Shown here: positions 11,101-25,633 of the stretch, piece by piece
Layout of the letters: each line of letters begins with the position of its first letter
Position numbering within the stretch: position 1 is the stretch's first letter
From: Auanema rhodensis
Lineage: Eukaryota; Animalia; Nematoda
Assembly (NCBI GenBank): GCA_964057225.1
Contig: OZ059900.1
Span: 25,358,001-25,422,000 of the forward strand
Length of the DNA: 64,000 nucleotides
Reading direction: 5' to 3'
The notes under the pieces: model-generated
Seen by the model: only the letters and a program-made list of their open reading frames with translations
The model's database searches: none
What the model was told of the DNA's origin: nothing
Translations under genes and position numbers: made by a program

Positions 11101-14100
11101 TTTTCTAGTGTTCAGCATGTAAAATGCTTCATTTTAGTATGTAACACGCTGAAATTCGTTGCATTTGACGACTCATATGAACAAAAATCGATTTAATCAA
11201 TATTAGCCATAAGGGGCGTGCCCTCAGAATATGCTAATTTCCTAAATTTTCTAACCCGTGTTTTTTTGTCGTGAAAGTGGAACTAGACGTTGTACGAACA
11301 ATTTTGAGCTAGGTTTCATTGACATTGCATGATTTGAACACATGAAATCGTAAGTCAAAACCTTGTTTACAGCGAAATTTCCAAAAACTGGTTTTCCAGC
11401 ATAATAAAATATTTCTCATGTGAAATACAGTGTTTTTGTATTTTTTTAGTGTTCAGCATGTAAAATGCGTCATTTTAGTATGTAAAACGCTGAAATTTGT
11501 TGCATTTGACGACTCATATGAACAAAAATCGATTTTATCAATATTAGCCATAAGGGGCGTGCCCTCAGAATATGCTAATTTCCTTAATTTTCTAACCCCT
11601 GTTTTTTTGTCGTGAAAGTGGAACTAGACGTTGTACGAACAATTTTGAGCTAGGTTTCATTGACATTGCATGAGTTTGAACACATGAAATCGTAAGTCAA
11701 AACCTTGTTTACAGCGAAATTTCCAAAAACTGGTTTTCCAGCATAATAAAACATTTCTCAAGGGAAAAACTGTGTTTTTATATTTTTCTAGTGTTCAGCA
11801 TGTGAAATGCTTTATTTTAGTATGTAACACGCTGAAATTTGTTGCATTTGACGACTCATATGAACAAAAATCGATTTAATCAATATTAGCCATAAGGGGC
11901 GTGCCCTCAGAATATGCTAATTTCCTTAATTTTCTAACCCCTGTTTTTTTGTCGTGAAAGTGGAACTAGACGTTGTACGAACAATTTTGAGCTAGGTTTC
12001 ATTGACATTGCATGAGTTTGAACACATGAAATCGTAAGTCAAAACCTTGTTTACAGCGAAATTTCCAAAAACTGGTTTTCCAGCATAATAAAACATTTCT
12101 CAAGAGAAAAACTGTGTTTTTATATTTTTCTAGTGTTCAGCATGTGAAATGCTTTATTTTAGTATGTAACACGCTGAAATTTGTTGCATTTGACGACTCA
12201 TATGAACAAAAATCGATTTAATCAATATTAGCCATAAGGGGCGTGCCCTCAGAATATGCTAATTTCCTTAATTTTCTAACCCCTGTTTTTTTGTCGTGAA
12301 AGTGGAACTAGACGATGTACGAACAATTTTGAGCTAGGTTTCATTGACATTGCATGAGTTTGAACACATGAAATCGTAAGTCAAAACCTTGTTTACAGCG
12401 AAATTTCCAAAAACTGGTTTTCCAGCATAATAAAATATTTCTCATGGGAAATACTGTGTTTTTGTATTTTTCTAGTGTTCAGCATGTAAAATGCTTCATT
12501 TTAGTATGTAACACGCTGAAATTCGTTGCATTTGACGACTCATATGAACAAAAATCGATTTAATCAATATTAGCCATAAGGGGCGTGCCCTCAGAATATG
12601 CTAATTTCCTTAATTTTCTAACCCCTGTTTTTTTGTCGTGAAAGTGGAACTAGACGTTGTACGAACAATTTTGAGCTAGGTTTCATTGACATTGCATGAG
12701 TTTGAACACATGAAATCGTAAGTCAAAACCTTGTTTACAGCGAAATTTCCAAAAACTGGTTTTCCAGCATAATAAAATATTTCTCATGGGAAATACTGTG
12801 TTTTTGTATTTTTCTAGTGTTCAGCATGTAAAATGCTTCATTTTAGTATGTAACACGCTGAAATTCGTTGCATTTGACGACTCATATGAACAAAAATCGA
12901 TTTAATCAATATTAGCCATAAGGGGCGTGCCCTCAGAATATGCTAATTTCCTAAATTTTCTAACCCGTGTTTTTTTGTCGTGAAAGTGGAACTAGACGTT
13001 GTACGAACAATTTTGAGCTAGGTTTCATTGACATTGCATGATTTGAACACATGAAATCGTAAGTCAAAACCTTGTTTACAGCGAAATTTCCAAAAACTGG
13101 TTTTCCAGCATAATAAAATATTTCTCATGTGAAATACAGTGTTTTTGTATTTTTTTAGTGTTCAGCATGTAAAATGCGTCATTTTAGTATGTAAAACGCT
13201 GAAATTTGTTGCATTTGACGACTCATATGAACAAAAATCGATTTTATCAATATTAGCCATAAGGGGCGTGCCCTCAGAATATGCTAATTTCCTTAATTTT
13301 CTAACCCCTGTTTTTTTGTCGTGAAAGTGGAACTAGACGTTGTACGAACAATTTTGAGCTAGGTTTCATTGACATTGCATGAGTTTGAACACATGAAATC
13401 GTAAGTCAAAACCTTGTTTACAGCGAAATTTCCAAAAACTGGTTTTCCAGCATAATAAAACATTTCTCAAGGGAAAAACTGTGTTTTTATATTTTTCTAG
13501 TGTTCAGCATGTGAAATGCTTTATTTTAGTATGTAACACGCTGAAATTTGTTGCATTTGACGACTCATATGAACAAAAATCGATTTAATCAATATTAGCC
13601 ATAAGGGGCGTGCCCTCAGAATATGCTAATTTCCTTAATTTTCTAACCCCTGTTTTTTTGTCGTGAAAGTGGAACTAGACGATGTACGAACAATTTTGAG
13701 CTAGGTTTCATTGACATTGCATGAGTTTGAACACATGAAATCGTAAGTCAAAACCTTGTTTACAGCGAAATTTCCAAAAACTGGTTTTCCAGCATAATAA
13801 AATATTTCTCATGGGAAATACTGTGTTTTTGTATTTTTCTAGTGTTCAGCATGTAAAATGCTTCATTTTAGTATGTAACACGCTGAAATTCGTTGCATTT
13901 GACGACTCATATGAACAAAAATCGATTTAATCAATATTAGCCATAAGGGGCGTGCCCTCAGAATATGCTAATTTCCTTAATTTTCTAACCCCTGTTTTTT
14001 TGTCGTGAAAGTGGAACTAGACGTTTTACGAACAATTTTGAGCTAGGTTTCATTGACATTGCATGAGTTTGAACACATGAAATCGTAAGTCAAAACCTTG

Positions 14101-17100
14101 TTTACAGCGAAATTTCCAAAAACTGGTTTTCCAGCATAATAAAATATTTCTCATGGGAAATACTGTGTTTTTGTATTTTTCTAGTGTTCAGCATGTAAAA
14201 TGCTTCATTTTAGTATGTAACACGCTGAAATTCGTTGCATTTGACGACTCATATGAACAAAAATCGATTTAATCAATATTAGCCATAAGGGGCGTGCCCT
14301 CAGAATATGCTAATTTCCTAAATTTTCTAACCCGTGTTTTTTTGTCGTGAAAGTGGAACTAGACGTTGTACGAACAATTTTGAGCTAGGTTTCATTGACA
14401 TTGCATGATTTGAACACATGAAATCGTAAGTCAAAACCTTGTTTACAGCGAAATTTCCAAAAACTGGTTTTCCAGCATAATAAAATATTTCTCATGTGAA
14501 ATACAGTGTTTTTGTATTTTTTTAGTGTTCAGCATGTAAAATGCGTCATTTTAGTATGTAAAACGCTGAAATTTGTTGCATTTGACGACTCATATGAACA
14601 AAAATCGATTTTATCAATATTAGCCATAAGGGGCGTGCCCTCAGAATATGCTAATTTCCTTAATTTTCTAACCCCTGTTTTTTTGTCGTGAAAGTGGAAC
14701 TAGACGTTGTACGAACAATTTTGAGCTAGGTTTCATTGACATTGCATGAGTTTGAACACATGAAATCGTAAGTCAAAACCTTGTTTACAGCGAAATTTCC
14801 AAAAACTGGTTTTCCAGCATAATAAAACATTTCTCAAGGGAAAAACTGTGTTTTTATATTTTTCTAGTGTTCAGCATGTGAAATGCTTTATTTTAGTATG
14901 TAACACGCTGAAATTTGTTGCATTTGACGACTCATATGAACAAAAATCGATTTAATCAATATTAGCCATAAGGGGCGTGCCCTCAGAATATGCTGATTTC
15001 CTTAATTTTCTAACCCCTGTTTTTTTGTCGTGAAAGTGGAACTAGACGTTGTACAAACAATTTTGAGCTAGGTTTCATTGACATTGCATGAGTTTGAACA
15101 CATGAAATCGTAAGTCAAAACCTTGTTTACAGCGAAATTTCCAAAAACTGGTTTTCCAGCATAATAAAACATTTCTCAAGGGAAAAACTGTGTTTTTATA
15201 TTTTTCTAGTGTTCAGCATGTGAAATGCTTTATTTTAGTATGTAACACGCTGAAATTTGTTGCATTTGACGACTCATATGAACAAAAATCGATTTAATCA
15301 ATATTAGCCATAAGGGGCGTGCCCTCAGAATATGCTAATTTCCTTAATTTTCTAACCCCTGTTTTTTTGTCGTGAAAGTGGAACTAGACGATGTACGAAC
15401 AATTTTGAGCTAGGTTTCATTGACATTGCATGAGTTTGAACACATGAAATCGTAAGTCAAAACCTTGTTTACAGCGAAATTTCCAAAAACTGGTTTTCCA
15501 GCATAATAAAATATTTCTCATGGGAAATACTGTGTTTTTGTATTTTTCTAGTGTTCAGCATGTAAAATGCTTCATTTTAGTATGTAACACGCTGAAATTC
15601 GTTGCATTTGACGACTCATATGAACAAAAATCGATTTAATCAATATTAGCCATAAGGGGCGTGCCCTCAGAATATGCTAATTTCCTTAATTTTCTAACCC
15701 CTGTTTTTTTGTCGTGAAAGTGGAACTAGACGTTGTACGAACAATTTTGAGCTAGGTTTCATTGACATTGCATGAGTTTGAACACATGAAATCGTAAGTC
15801 AAAACCTTGTTTACAGCGAAATTTCCAAAAACTGGTTTTCCAGCATAATAAAATATTTCTCATGTGAAATACAGTGTTTTTGTATTTTTTTAGTGTTAAG
15901 CATGTGAAATGCTTTATTTTAGTATGTAACACGCTGAAATTTGTTGCATTTGACGACTCATATGAACAAAAATCGATTTAATCAATATTAGCCATAAGGG
16001 GCGTGCCCTCAGAATATGCTAATTTCCTTAATTTTCTAACCCCTGTTTTTTTGTCGTGAAAGTGGAACTAGACGTTGTACGAACAATTTTGAGCTAGGTT
16101 TCATTGACATTGCATGAGTTTGAACACATGAAATCGTAAGTCAAAACCTTGTTTACAGCGAAATTTCCAAAAACTGGTTTTCCAGCATAATAAAACATTT
16201 CTCAAGAGAAAAACTGTGTTTTTATATTTTTCTAGTGTTCAGCATGTGAAATGCTTTATTTTAGTATGTAACACGCTGAAATTTGTTGCATTTGACGACT
16301 CATATGAACAAAAATCGATTTAATCAATATTAGCCATAAGGGGCGTGCCCTCAGAATATGCTAATTTCCTAAATTTTCTAACCCGTGTTTTTTTGTCGTG
16401 AAAGTGGAACTAGACGTTGTACGAACAATTTTGAGCTAGGTTTCATTGACATTGCATGATTTGAACACATGAAATCGTAAGTCAAAACCTTGTTTACAGC
16501 GAAATTTCCAAAAACTGGTTTTCCAGCATAATAAAATATTTCTCATGGGAAATACTGTGTTTTTGTATTTTTCTAGTGTTCAGCATGTAAAATGCTTCAT
16601 TTTAGTATGTAACACGCTGAAATTCGTTGCATTTGACGACTCATATGAACAAAAATCGATTTAATCAATATTAGCCATAAGGGGCGTGCCCTCAGAATAT
16701 GCTAATTTCCTTAATTTTCTAACCCCTGTTTTTTTGTCGTGAAAGTGGAACTAGACGTTGTACGAACAATTTTGAGCTAGGTTTCATTGACATTGCATGA
16801 GTTTGAACACATGAAATCGTAAGTCAAAACCTTGTTTACAGCGAAATTTCCAAAAACTGGTTTTCCAGCATAATAAAATATTTCTCATGGGAAATACTGT
16901 GTTTTTGTATTTTTCTAGTGTTCAGCATGTAAAATGCTTCATTTTAGTATGTAACACGCTGAAATTCGTTGCATTTGACGACTCATATGAACAAAAATCG
17001 ATTTAATCAATATTAGCCATAAGGGGCGTGCCCTCAGAATATGCTAATTTCCTAAATTTTCTAACCCGTGTTTTTTTGTCGTGAAAGTGGAACTAGACGT

Positions 17101-20100
17101 TGTACGAACAATTTTGAGCTAGGTTTCATTGACATTGCATGATTTGAACACATGAAATCGTAAGTCAAAACCTTGTTTACAGCGAAATTTCCAAAAACTG
17201 GTTTTCCAGCATAATAAAATATTTCTCATGTGAAATACAGTGTTTTTGTATTTTTTTAGTGTTCAGCATGTAAAATGCGTCATTTTAGTATGTAAAACGC
17301 TGAAATTTGTTGCATTTGACGACTCATATGAACAAAAATCGATTTTATCAATATTAGCCATAAGGGGCGTGCCCTCAGAATATGCTAATTTCCTTAATTT
17401 TCTAACCCCTGTTTTTTTGTCGTGAAAGTGGAACTAGACGTTGTACGAACAATTTTGAGCTAGGTTTCATTGACATTGCATGAGTTTGAACACATGAAAT
17501 CGTAAGTCAAAACCTTGTTTACAGCGAAATTTCCAAAAACTGGTTTTCCAGCATAATAAAACATTTCTCAAGGGAAAAACTGTGTTTTTATATTTTTCTA
17601 GTGTTCAGCATGTGAAATGCTTTATTTTAGTATGTAACACGCTGAAATTTGTTGCATTTGACGACTCATATGAACAAAAATCGATTTAATCAATATTAGC
17701 CATAAGGGGCGTGCCCTCAGAATATGCTAATTTCCTTAATTTTCTAACCCCTGTTTTTTTGTCGTGAAAGTGGAACTAGACGATGTACGAACAATTTTGA
17801 GCTAGGTTTCATTGACATTGCATGAGTTTGAACACATGAAATCGTAAGTCAAAACCTTGTTTACAGCGAAATTTCCAAAAACTGGTTTTCCAGCATAATA
17901 AAATATTTCTCATGGGAAATACTGTGTTTTTGTATTTTTCTAGTGTTCAGCATGTAAAATGCTTCATTTTAGTATGTAACACGCTGAAATTCGTTGCATT
18001 TGACGACTCATATGAACAAAAATCGATTTAATCAATATTAGCCATAAGGGGCGTGCCCTCAGAATATGCTAATTTCCTAAATTTTCTAACCCGTGTTTTT
18101 TTGTCGTGAAAGTGGAACTAGACGTTGTACGAACAATTTTGAGCTAGGTTTCATTGACATTGCATGATTTGAACACATGAAATCGTAAGTCAAAACCTTG
18201 TTTACAGCGAAATTTCCAAAAACTGGTTTTCCAGCATAATAAAATATTTCTCATGTGAAATACAGTGTTTTTGTATTTTTTTAGTGTTCAGCATGTAAAA
18301 TGCGTCATTTTAGTATGTAAAACGCTGAAATTTGTTGCATTTGACGACTCATATGAACAAAAATCGATTTTATCAATATTAGCCATAAGGGGCGTGCCCT
18401 CAGAATATGCTAATTTCCTTAATTTTCTAACCCCTGTTTTTTTGTCGTGAAAGTGGAACTAGACGTTGTACGAACAATTTTGAGCTAGGTTTCATTGACA
18501 TTGCATGAGTTTGAACACATGAAATCGTAAGTCAAAACCTTGTTTACAGCGAAATTTCCAAAAACTGGTTTTCCAGCATAATAAAACATTTCTCAAGGGA
18601 AAAACTGTGTTTTTATATTTTTCTAGTGTTCAGCATGTGAAATGCTTTATTTTAGTATGTAACACGCTGAAATTTGTTGCATTTGACGACTCATATGAAC
18701 AAAAATCGATTTAATCAATATTAGCCATAAGGGGCGTGCCCTCAGAATATGCTGATTTCCTTAATTTTCTAACCCCTGTTTTTTTGTCGTGAAAGTGGAA
18801 CTAGACGTTGTACAAACAATTTTGAGCTAGGTTTCATTGACATTGCATGAGTTTGAACACATGAAATCGTAAGTCAAAACCTTGTTTACAGCGAAATTTC
18901 CAAAAACTGGTTTTCCAGCATAATAAAACATTTCTCAAGGGAAAAACTGTGTTTTTATATTTTTCTAGTGTTCAGCATGTGAAATGCTTTATTTTAGTAT
19001 GTAACACGCTGAAATTTGTTGCATTTGACGACTCATATGAACAAAAATCGATTTAATCAATATTAGCCATAAGGGGCGTGCCCTCAGAATATGCTAATTT
19101 CCTTAATTTTCTAACCCCTGTTTTTTTGTCGTGAAAGTGGAACTAGACGATGTACGAACAATTTTGAGCTAGGTTTCATTGACATTGCATGAGTTTGAAC
19201 ACATGAAATCGTAAGTCAAAACCTTGTTTACAGCGAAATTTCCAAAAACTGGTTTTCCAGCATAATAAAATATTTCTCATGGGAAATACTGTGTTTTTGT
19301 ATTTTTCTAGTGTTCAGCATGTAAAATGCTTCATTTTAGTATGTAACACGCTGAAATTCGTTGCATTTGACGACTCATATGAACAAAAATCGATTTAATC
19401 AATATTAGCCATAAGGGGCGTGCCCTCAGAATATGCTAATTTCCTTAATTTTCTAACCCCTGTTTTTTTGTCGTGAAAGTGGAACTAGACGTTGTACGAA
19501 CAATTTTGAGCTAGGTTTCATTGACATTGCATGAGTTTGAACACATGAAATCGTAAGTCAAAACCTTGTTTACAGCGAAATTTCCAAAAACTGGTTTTCC
19601 AGCATAATAAAATATTTCTCATGTGAAATACAGTGTTTTTGTATTTTTTTAGTGTTAAGCATGTGAAATGCTTTATTTTAGTATGTAACACGCTGAAATT
19701 TGTTGCATTTGACGACTCATATGAACAAAAATCGATTTAATCAATATTAGCCATAAGGGGCGTGCCCTCAGAATATGCTAATTTCCTTAATTTTCTAACC
19801 CCTGTTTTTTTGTCGTGAAAGTGGAACTAGACGTTGTACGAACAATTTTGAGCTAGGTTTCATTGACATTGCATGAGTTTGAACACATGAAATCGTAAGT
19901 CAAAACCTTGTTTACAGCGAAATTTCCAAAAACTGGTTTTCCAGCATAATAAAACATTTCTCAAGAGAAAAACTGTGTTTTTATATTTTTCTAGTGTTCA
20001 GCATGTGAAATGCTTTATTTTAGTATGTAACACGCTGAAATTTGTTGCATTTGACGACTCATATGAACAAAAATCGATTTAATCAATATTAGCCATAAGG

Positions 20101-23100
20101 GGCGTGCCCTCAGAATATGCTAATTTCCTTAATTTTCTAACCCCTGTTTTTTTGTCGTGAAAGTGGAACTAGACGATGTACGAACAATTTTGAGCTAGGT
20201 TTCATTGACATTGCATGAGTTTGAACACATGAAATCGTAAGTCAAAACCTTGTTTACAGCGAAATTTCCAAAAACTGGTTTTCCAGCATAATAAAATATT
20301 TCTCATGGGAAATACTGTGTTTTTGTATTTTTCTAATGTTCAGCATGTAAAATGCTTCATTTTAGTATGTAACACGCTGAAATTCGTTGCATTTGACGAC
20401 TCATATGAACAAAAATCGATTTAATCAATATTAGCCATAAGGGGCGTGCCCTCAGAATATGCTAATTTCCTTAATTTTCTAACCCCTGTTTTTTTGTCGT
20501 GAAAGTGGAACTAGACGTTGTACGAACAATTTTGAGCTAGGTTTCATTGACATTGCATGAGTTTGAACACATGAAATCGTAAGTCAAAACCTTGTTTACA
20601 GCGAAATTTCCAAAAACTGGTTTTCCAGCATAATAAAATATTTCTCATGGGAAATACTGTGTTTTTGTATTTTTCTAGTGTTCAGCATGTAAAATGCTTC
20701 ATTTTAGTATGTAACACGCTGAAATTCGTTGCATTTGACGACTCATATGAACAAAAATCGATTTAATCAATATTAGCCATAAGGGGCGTGCCCTCAGAAT
20801 ATGCTAATTTCCTAAATTTTCTAACCCGTGTTTTTTTGTCGTGAAAGTGGAACTAGACGTTGTACGAACAATTTTGAGCTAGGTTTCATTGACATTGCAT
20901 GATTTGAACACATGAAATCGTAAGTCAAAACCTTGTTTACAGCGAAATTTCCAAAAACTGGTTTTCCAGCATAATAAAATATTTCTCATGTGAAATACAG
21001 TGTTTTTGTATTTTTTTAGTGTTCAGCATGTAAAATGCGTCATTTTAGTATGTAAAACGCTGAAATTTGTTGCATTTGACGACTCATATGAACAAAAATC
21101 GATTTTATCAATATTAGCCATAAGGGGCGTGCCCTCAGAATATGCTAATTTCCTTAATTTTCTAACCCCTGTTTTTTTGTCGTGAAAGTGGAACTAGACG
21201 TTGTACGAACAATTTTGAGCTAGGTTTCATTGACATTGCATGAGTTTGAACACATGAAATCGTAAGTCAAAACCTTGTTTACAGCGAAATTTCCAAAAAC
21301 TGGTTTTCCAGCATAATAAAACATTTCTCAAGGGAAAAACTGTGTTTTTATATTTTTCTAGTGTTCAGCATGTGAAATGCTTTATTTTAGTATGTAACAC
21401 GCTGAAATTTGTTGCATTTGACGACTCATATGAACAAAAATCGATTTAATCAATATTAGCCATAAGGGGCGTGCCCTCAGAATATGCTGATTTCCTTAAT
21501 TTTCTAACCCCTGTTTTTTTGTCGTGAAAGTGGAACTAGACGTTGTACAAACAATTTTGAGCTAGGTTTCATTGACATTGCATGAGTTTGAACACATGAA
21601 ATCGTAAGTCAAAACCTTGTTTACAGCGAAATTTCCAAAAACTGGTTTTCCAGCATAATAAAACATTTCTCAAGGGAAAAACTGTGTTTTTATATTTTTC
21701 TAGTGTTCAGCATGTGAAATGCTTTATTTTAGTATGTAACACGCTGAAATTTGTTGCATTTGACGACTCATATGAACAAAAATCGATTTAATCAATATTA
21801 GCCATAAGGGGCGTGCCCTCAGAATATGCTAATTTCCTTAATTTTCTAACCCCTGTTTTTTTGTCGTGAAAGTGGAACTAGACGATGTACGAACAATTTT
21901 GAGCTAGGTTTCATTGACATTGCATGAGTTTGAACACATGAAATCGTAAGTCAAAACCTTGTTTACAGCGAAATTTCCAAAAACTGGTTTTCCAGCATAA
22001 TAAAATATTTCTCATGGGAAATACTGTGTTTTTGTATTTTTCTAGTGTTCAGCATGTAAAATGCTTCATTTTAGTATGTAACACGCTGAAATTCGTTGCA
22101 TTTGACGACTCATATGAACAAAAATCGATTTAATCAATATTAGCCATAAGGGGCGTGCCCTCAGAATATGCTAATTTCCTTAATTTTCTAACCCCTGTTT
22201 TTTTGTCGTGAAAGTGGAACTAGACGTTTTACGAACAATTTTGAGCTAGGTTTCATTGACATTGCATGAGTTTGAACACATGAAATCGTAAGTCAAAACC
22301 TTGTTTACAGCGAAATTTCCAAAAACTGGTTTTCCAGCATAATAAAATATTTCTCATGGGAAATACTGTGTTTTTGTATTTTTCTAGTGTTCAGCATGTA
22401 AAATGCTTCATTTTAGTATGTAACACGCTGAAATTCGTTGCATTTGACGACTCATATGAACAAAAATCGATTTAATCAATATTAGCCATAAGGGGCGTGC
22501 CCTCAGAATATGCTAATTTCCTAAATTTTCTAACCCGTGTTTTTTTGTCGTGAAAGTGGAACTAGACGTTGTACGAACAATTTTGAGCTAGGTTTCATTG
22601 ACATTGCATGATTTGAACACATGAAATCGTAAGTCAAAACCTTGTTTACAGCGAAATTTCCAAAAACTGGTTTTCCAGCATAATAAAATATTTCTCATGT
22701 GAAATACAGTGTTTTTGTATTTTTTTAGTGTTCAGCATGTAAAATGCGTCATTTTAGTATGTAAAACGCTGAAATTTGTTGCATTTGACGACTCATATGA
22801 ACAAAAATCGATTTTATCAATATTAGCCATAAGGGGCGTGCCCTCAGAATATGCTAATTTCCTTAATTTTCTAACCCCTGTTTTTTTGTCGTGAAAGTGG
22901 AACTAGACGTTGTACGAACAATTTTGAGCTAGGTTTCATTGACATTGCATGAGTTTGAACACATGAAATCGTAAGTCAAAACCTTGTTTACAGCGAAATT
23001 TCCAAAAACTGGTTTTCCAGCATAATAAAACATTTCTCAAGGGAAAAACTGTGTTTTTATATTTTTCTAGTGTTCAGCATGTGAAATGCTTTATTTTAGT

Positions 23101-25633
23101 ATGTAACACGCTGAAATTTGTTGCATTTGACGACTCATATGAACAAAAATCGATTTAATCAATATTAGCCATAAGGGGCGTGCCCTCAGAATATGCTGAT
23201 TTCCTTAATTTTCTAACCCCTGTTTTTTTGTCGTGAAAGTGGAACTAGACGTTGTACAAACAATTTTGAGCTAGGTTTCATTGACATTGCATGAGTTTGA
23301 ACACATGAAATCGTAAGTCAAAACCTTGTTTACAGCGAAATTTCCAAAAACTGGTTTTCCAGCATAATAAAACATTTCTCAAGGGAAAAACTGTGTTTTT
23401 ATATTTTTCTAGTGTTCAGCATGTGAAATGCTTTATTTTAGTATGTAACACGCTGAAATTTGTTGCATTTGACGACTCATATGAACAAAAATCGATTTAA
23501 TCAATATTAGCCATAAGGGGCGTGCCCTCAGAATATGCTAATTTCCTTAATTTTCTAACCCCTGTTTTTTTGTCGTGAAAGTGGAACTAGACGATGTACG
23601 AACAATTTTGAGCTAGGTTTCATTGACATTGCATGAGTTTGAACACATGAAATCGTAAGTCAAAACCTTGTTTACAGCGAAATTTCCAAAAACTGGTTTT
23701 CCAGCATAATAAAATATTTCTCATGGGAAATACTGTGTTTTTGTATTTTTCTAGTGTTCAGCATGTAAAATGCTTCATTTTAGTATGTAACACGCTGAAA
23801 TTCGTTGCATTTGACGACTCATATGAACAAAAATCGATTTAATCAATATTAGCCATAAGGGGCGTGCCCTCAGAATATGCTAATTTCCTTAATTTTCTAA
23901 CCCCTGTTTTTTTGTCGTGAAAGTGGAACTAGACGTTGTACGAACAATTTTGAGCTAGGTTTCATTGACATTGCATGAGTTTGAACACATGAAATCGTAA
24001 GTCAAAACCTTGTTTACAGCGAAATTTCCAAAAACTGGTTTTCCAGCATAATAAAATATTTCTCATGGGAAATACTGTGTTTTTGTATTTTTCTAGTGTT
24101 CAGCATGTAAAATGCTTCATTTTAGTATGTAACACGCTGAAATTCGTTGCATTTGACGACTCATATGAACAAAAATCGATTTAATCAATATTAGCCATAA
24201 GGGGCGTGCCCTCAGAATATGCTAATTTCCTAAATTTTCTAACCCGTGTTTTTTTGTCGTGAAAGTGGAACTAGACGTTGTACGAACAATTTTGAGCTAG
24301 GTTTCATTGACATTGCATGAGTTTGAACACATGAAATCGTAAGTCAAAACCTTGTTTACAGCGAAATTTCCAAAAACTGGTTTTCCAGCATAATAAAATA
24401 TTTCTCATGTGAAATACAGTGTTTTTGTATTTTTTTAGTGTTCAGCATGTAAAATGCGTCATTTTAGTATGTAAAACGCTGAAATTTGTTGCATTTGACG
24501 ACTCATATGAACAAAAATCGATTTTATCAATATTAGCCATAAGGGGCGTGCCCTCAGAATATGCTAATTTCCTTAATTTTCTAACCCCTGTTTTTTTGTC
24601 GTGAAAGTGGAACTAGACGTTGTACGAACAATTTTGAGCTAGGTTTCATTGACATTGCATGAGTTTGAACACATGAAATCGTAAGTCAAAACCTTGTTTA
24701 CAGCGAAATTTCCAAAAACTGGTTTTCCAGCATAATAAAACATTTCTCAAGGGAAAAACTGTGTTTTTATATTTTTCTAGTGTTCAGCATGTGAAATGCT
24801 TTATTTTAGTATGTAACACGCTGAAATTTGTTGCATTTGACGACTCATATGAACAAAAATCGATTTAATCAATATTAGCCATAAGGGGCGTGCCCTCAGA
24901 ATATGCTAATTTCCTTAATTTTCTAACCCCTGTTTTTTTGTCGTGAAAGTGGAACTAGACGATGTACGAACAATTTTGAGCTAGGTTTCATTGACATTGC
25001 ATGAGTTTGAACACATGAAATCGTAAGTCAAAACCTTGTTTACAGCGAAATTTCCAAAAACTGGTTTTCCAGCATAATAAAATATTTCTCATGGGAAATA
25101 CTGTGTTTTTGTATTTTTCTAGTGTTCAGCATGTAAAATGCTTCATTTTAGTATGTAACACGCTGAAATTCGTTGCATTTGACGACTCATATGAACAAAA
25201 ATCGATTTAATCAATATTAGCCATAAGGGGCGTGCCCTCAGAATATGCTAATTTCCTTAATTTTCTAACCCCTGTTTTTTTGTCGTGAAAGTGGAACTAG
25301 ACGTTGTACGAACAATTTTGAGCTAGGTTTCATTTACATTGCATGAGTTTGAACACATGAAATCGTAAGTCAAAACCTTGTTTACAGCGAAATTTCCAAA
25401 AACTGGTTTTCCAGCATAATAAAACATTTCTCAAGGGAAAAACTGTGTTTTTATATTTTTCTAGTGTTCAGCATGTGAAATGCTTTATTTTAGTATGTAA
25501 CACGCTGAAATTTGTTGCATTTGACGACTCATATGAACAAAAATCGATTTAATCAATATTAGCCATAAGGGGCGTGCCCTCAGAATATGCTAATTTCCTT
25601 AATTTTCTAACCCCTGTTTTTTTGTCGTGAAAG
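3418..25633 (+). repeat. Higher-order repeat domain I: basic 5-mer B-B-A-D-C (1709 bp) with shortened and composite derivatives
   Basis: Diagnostic types: B = ACATTTCTCAAGGGAAAAA/GTGAAATGCTTTAT; A = GACGATG; D = CCTAAATT/CCCGTG; C = 1-bp deletion CATGA-TTT with CATGTGAAATACAG, GCGTC and GATTTTAT. The ORF track marks type C, with spacings 11430->13139 and 21000->22709 both 1709 bp. Confidence 0.88.
6151..8883 (+). repeat. 8-monomer block, copy 2 (of 2394-5126)
   Basis: Identical order of rare variants; both copies are preceded by CCTCAATT and a T6 tract. Confidence 0.88.
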
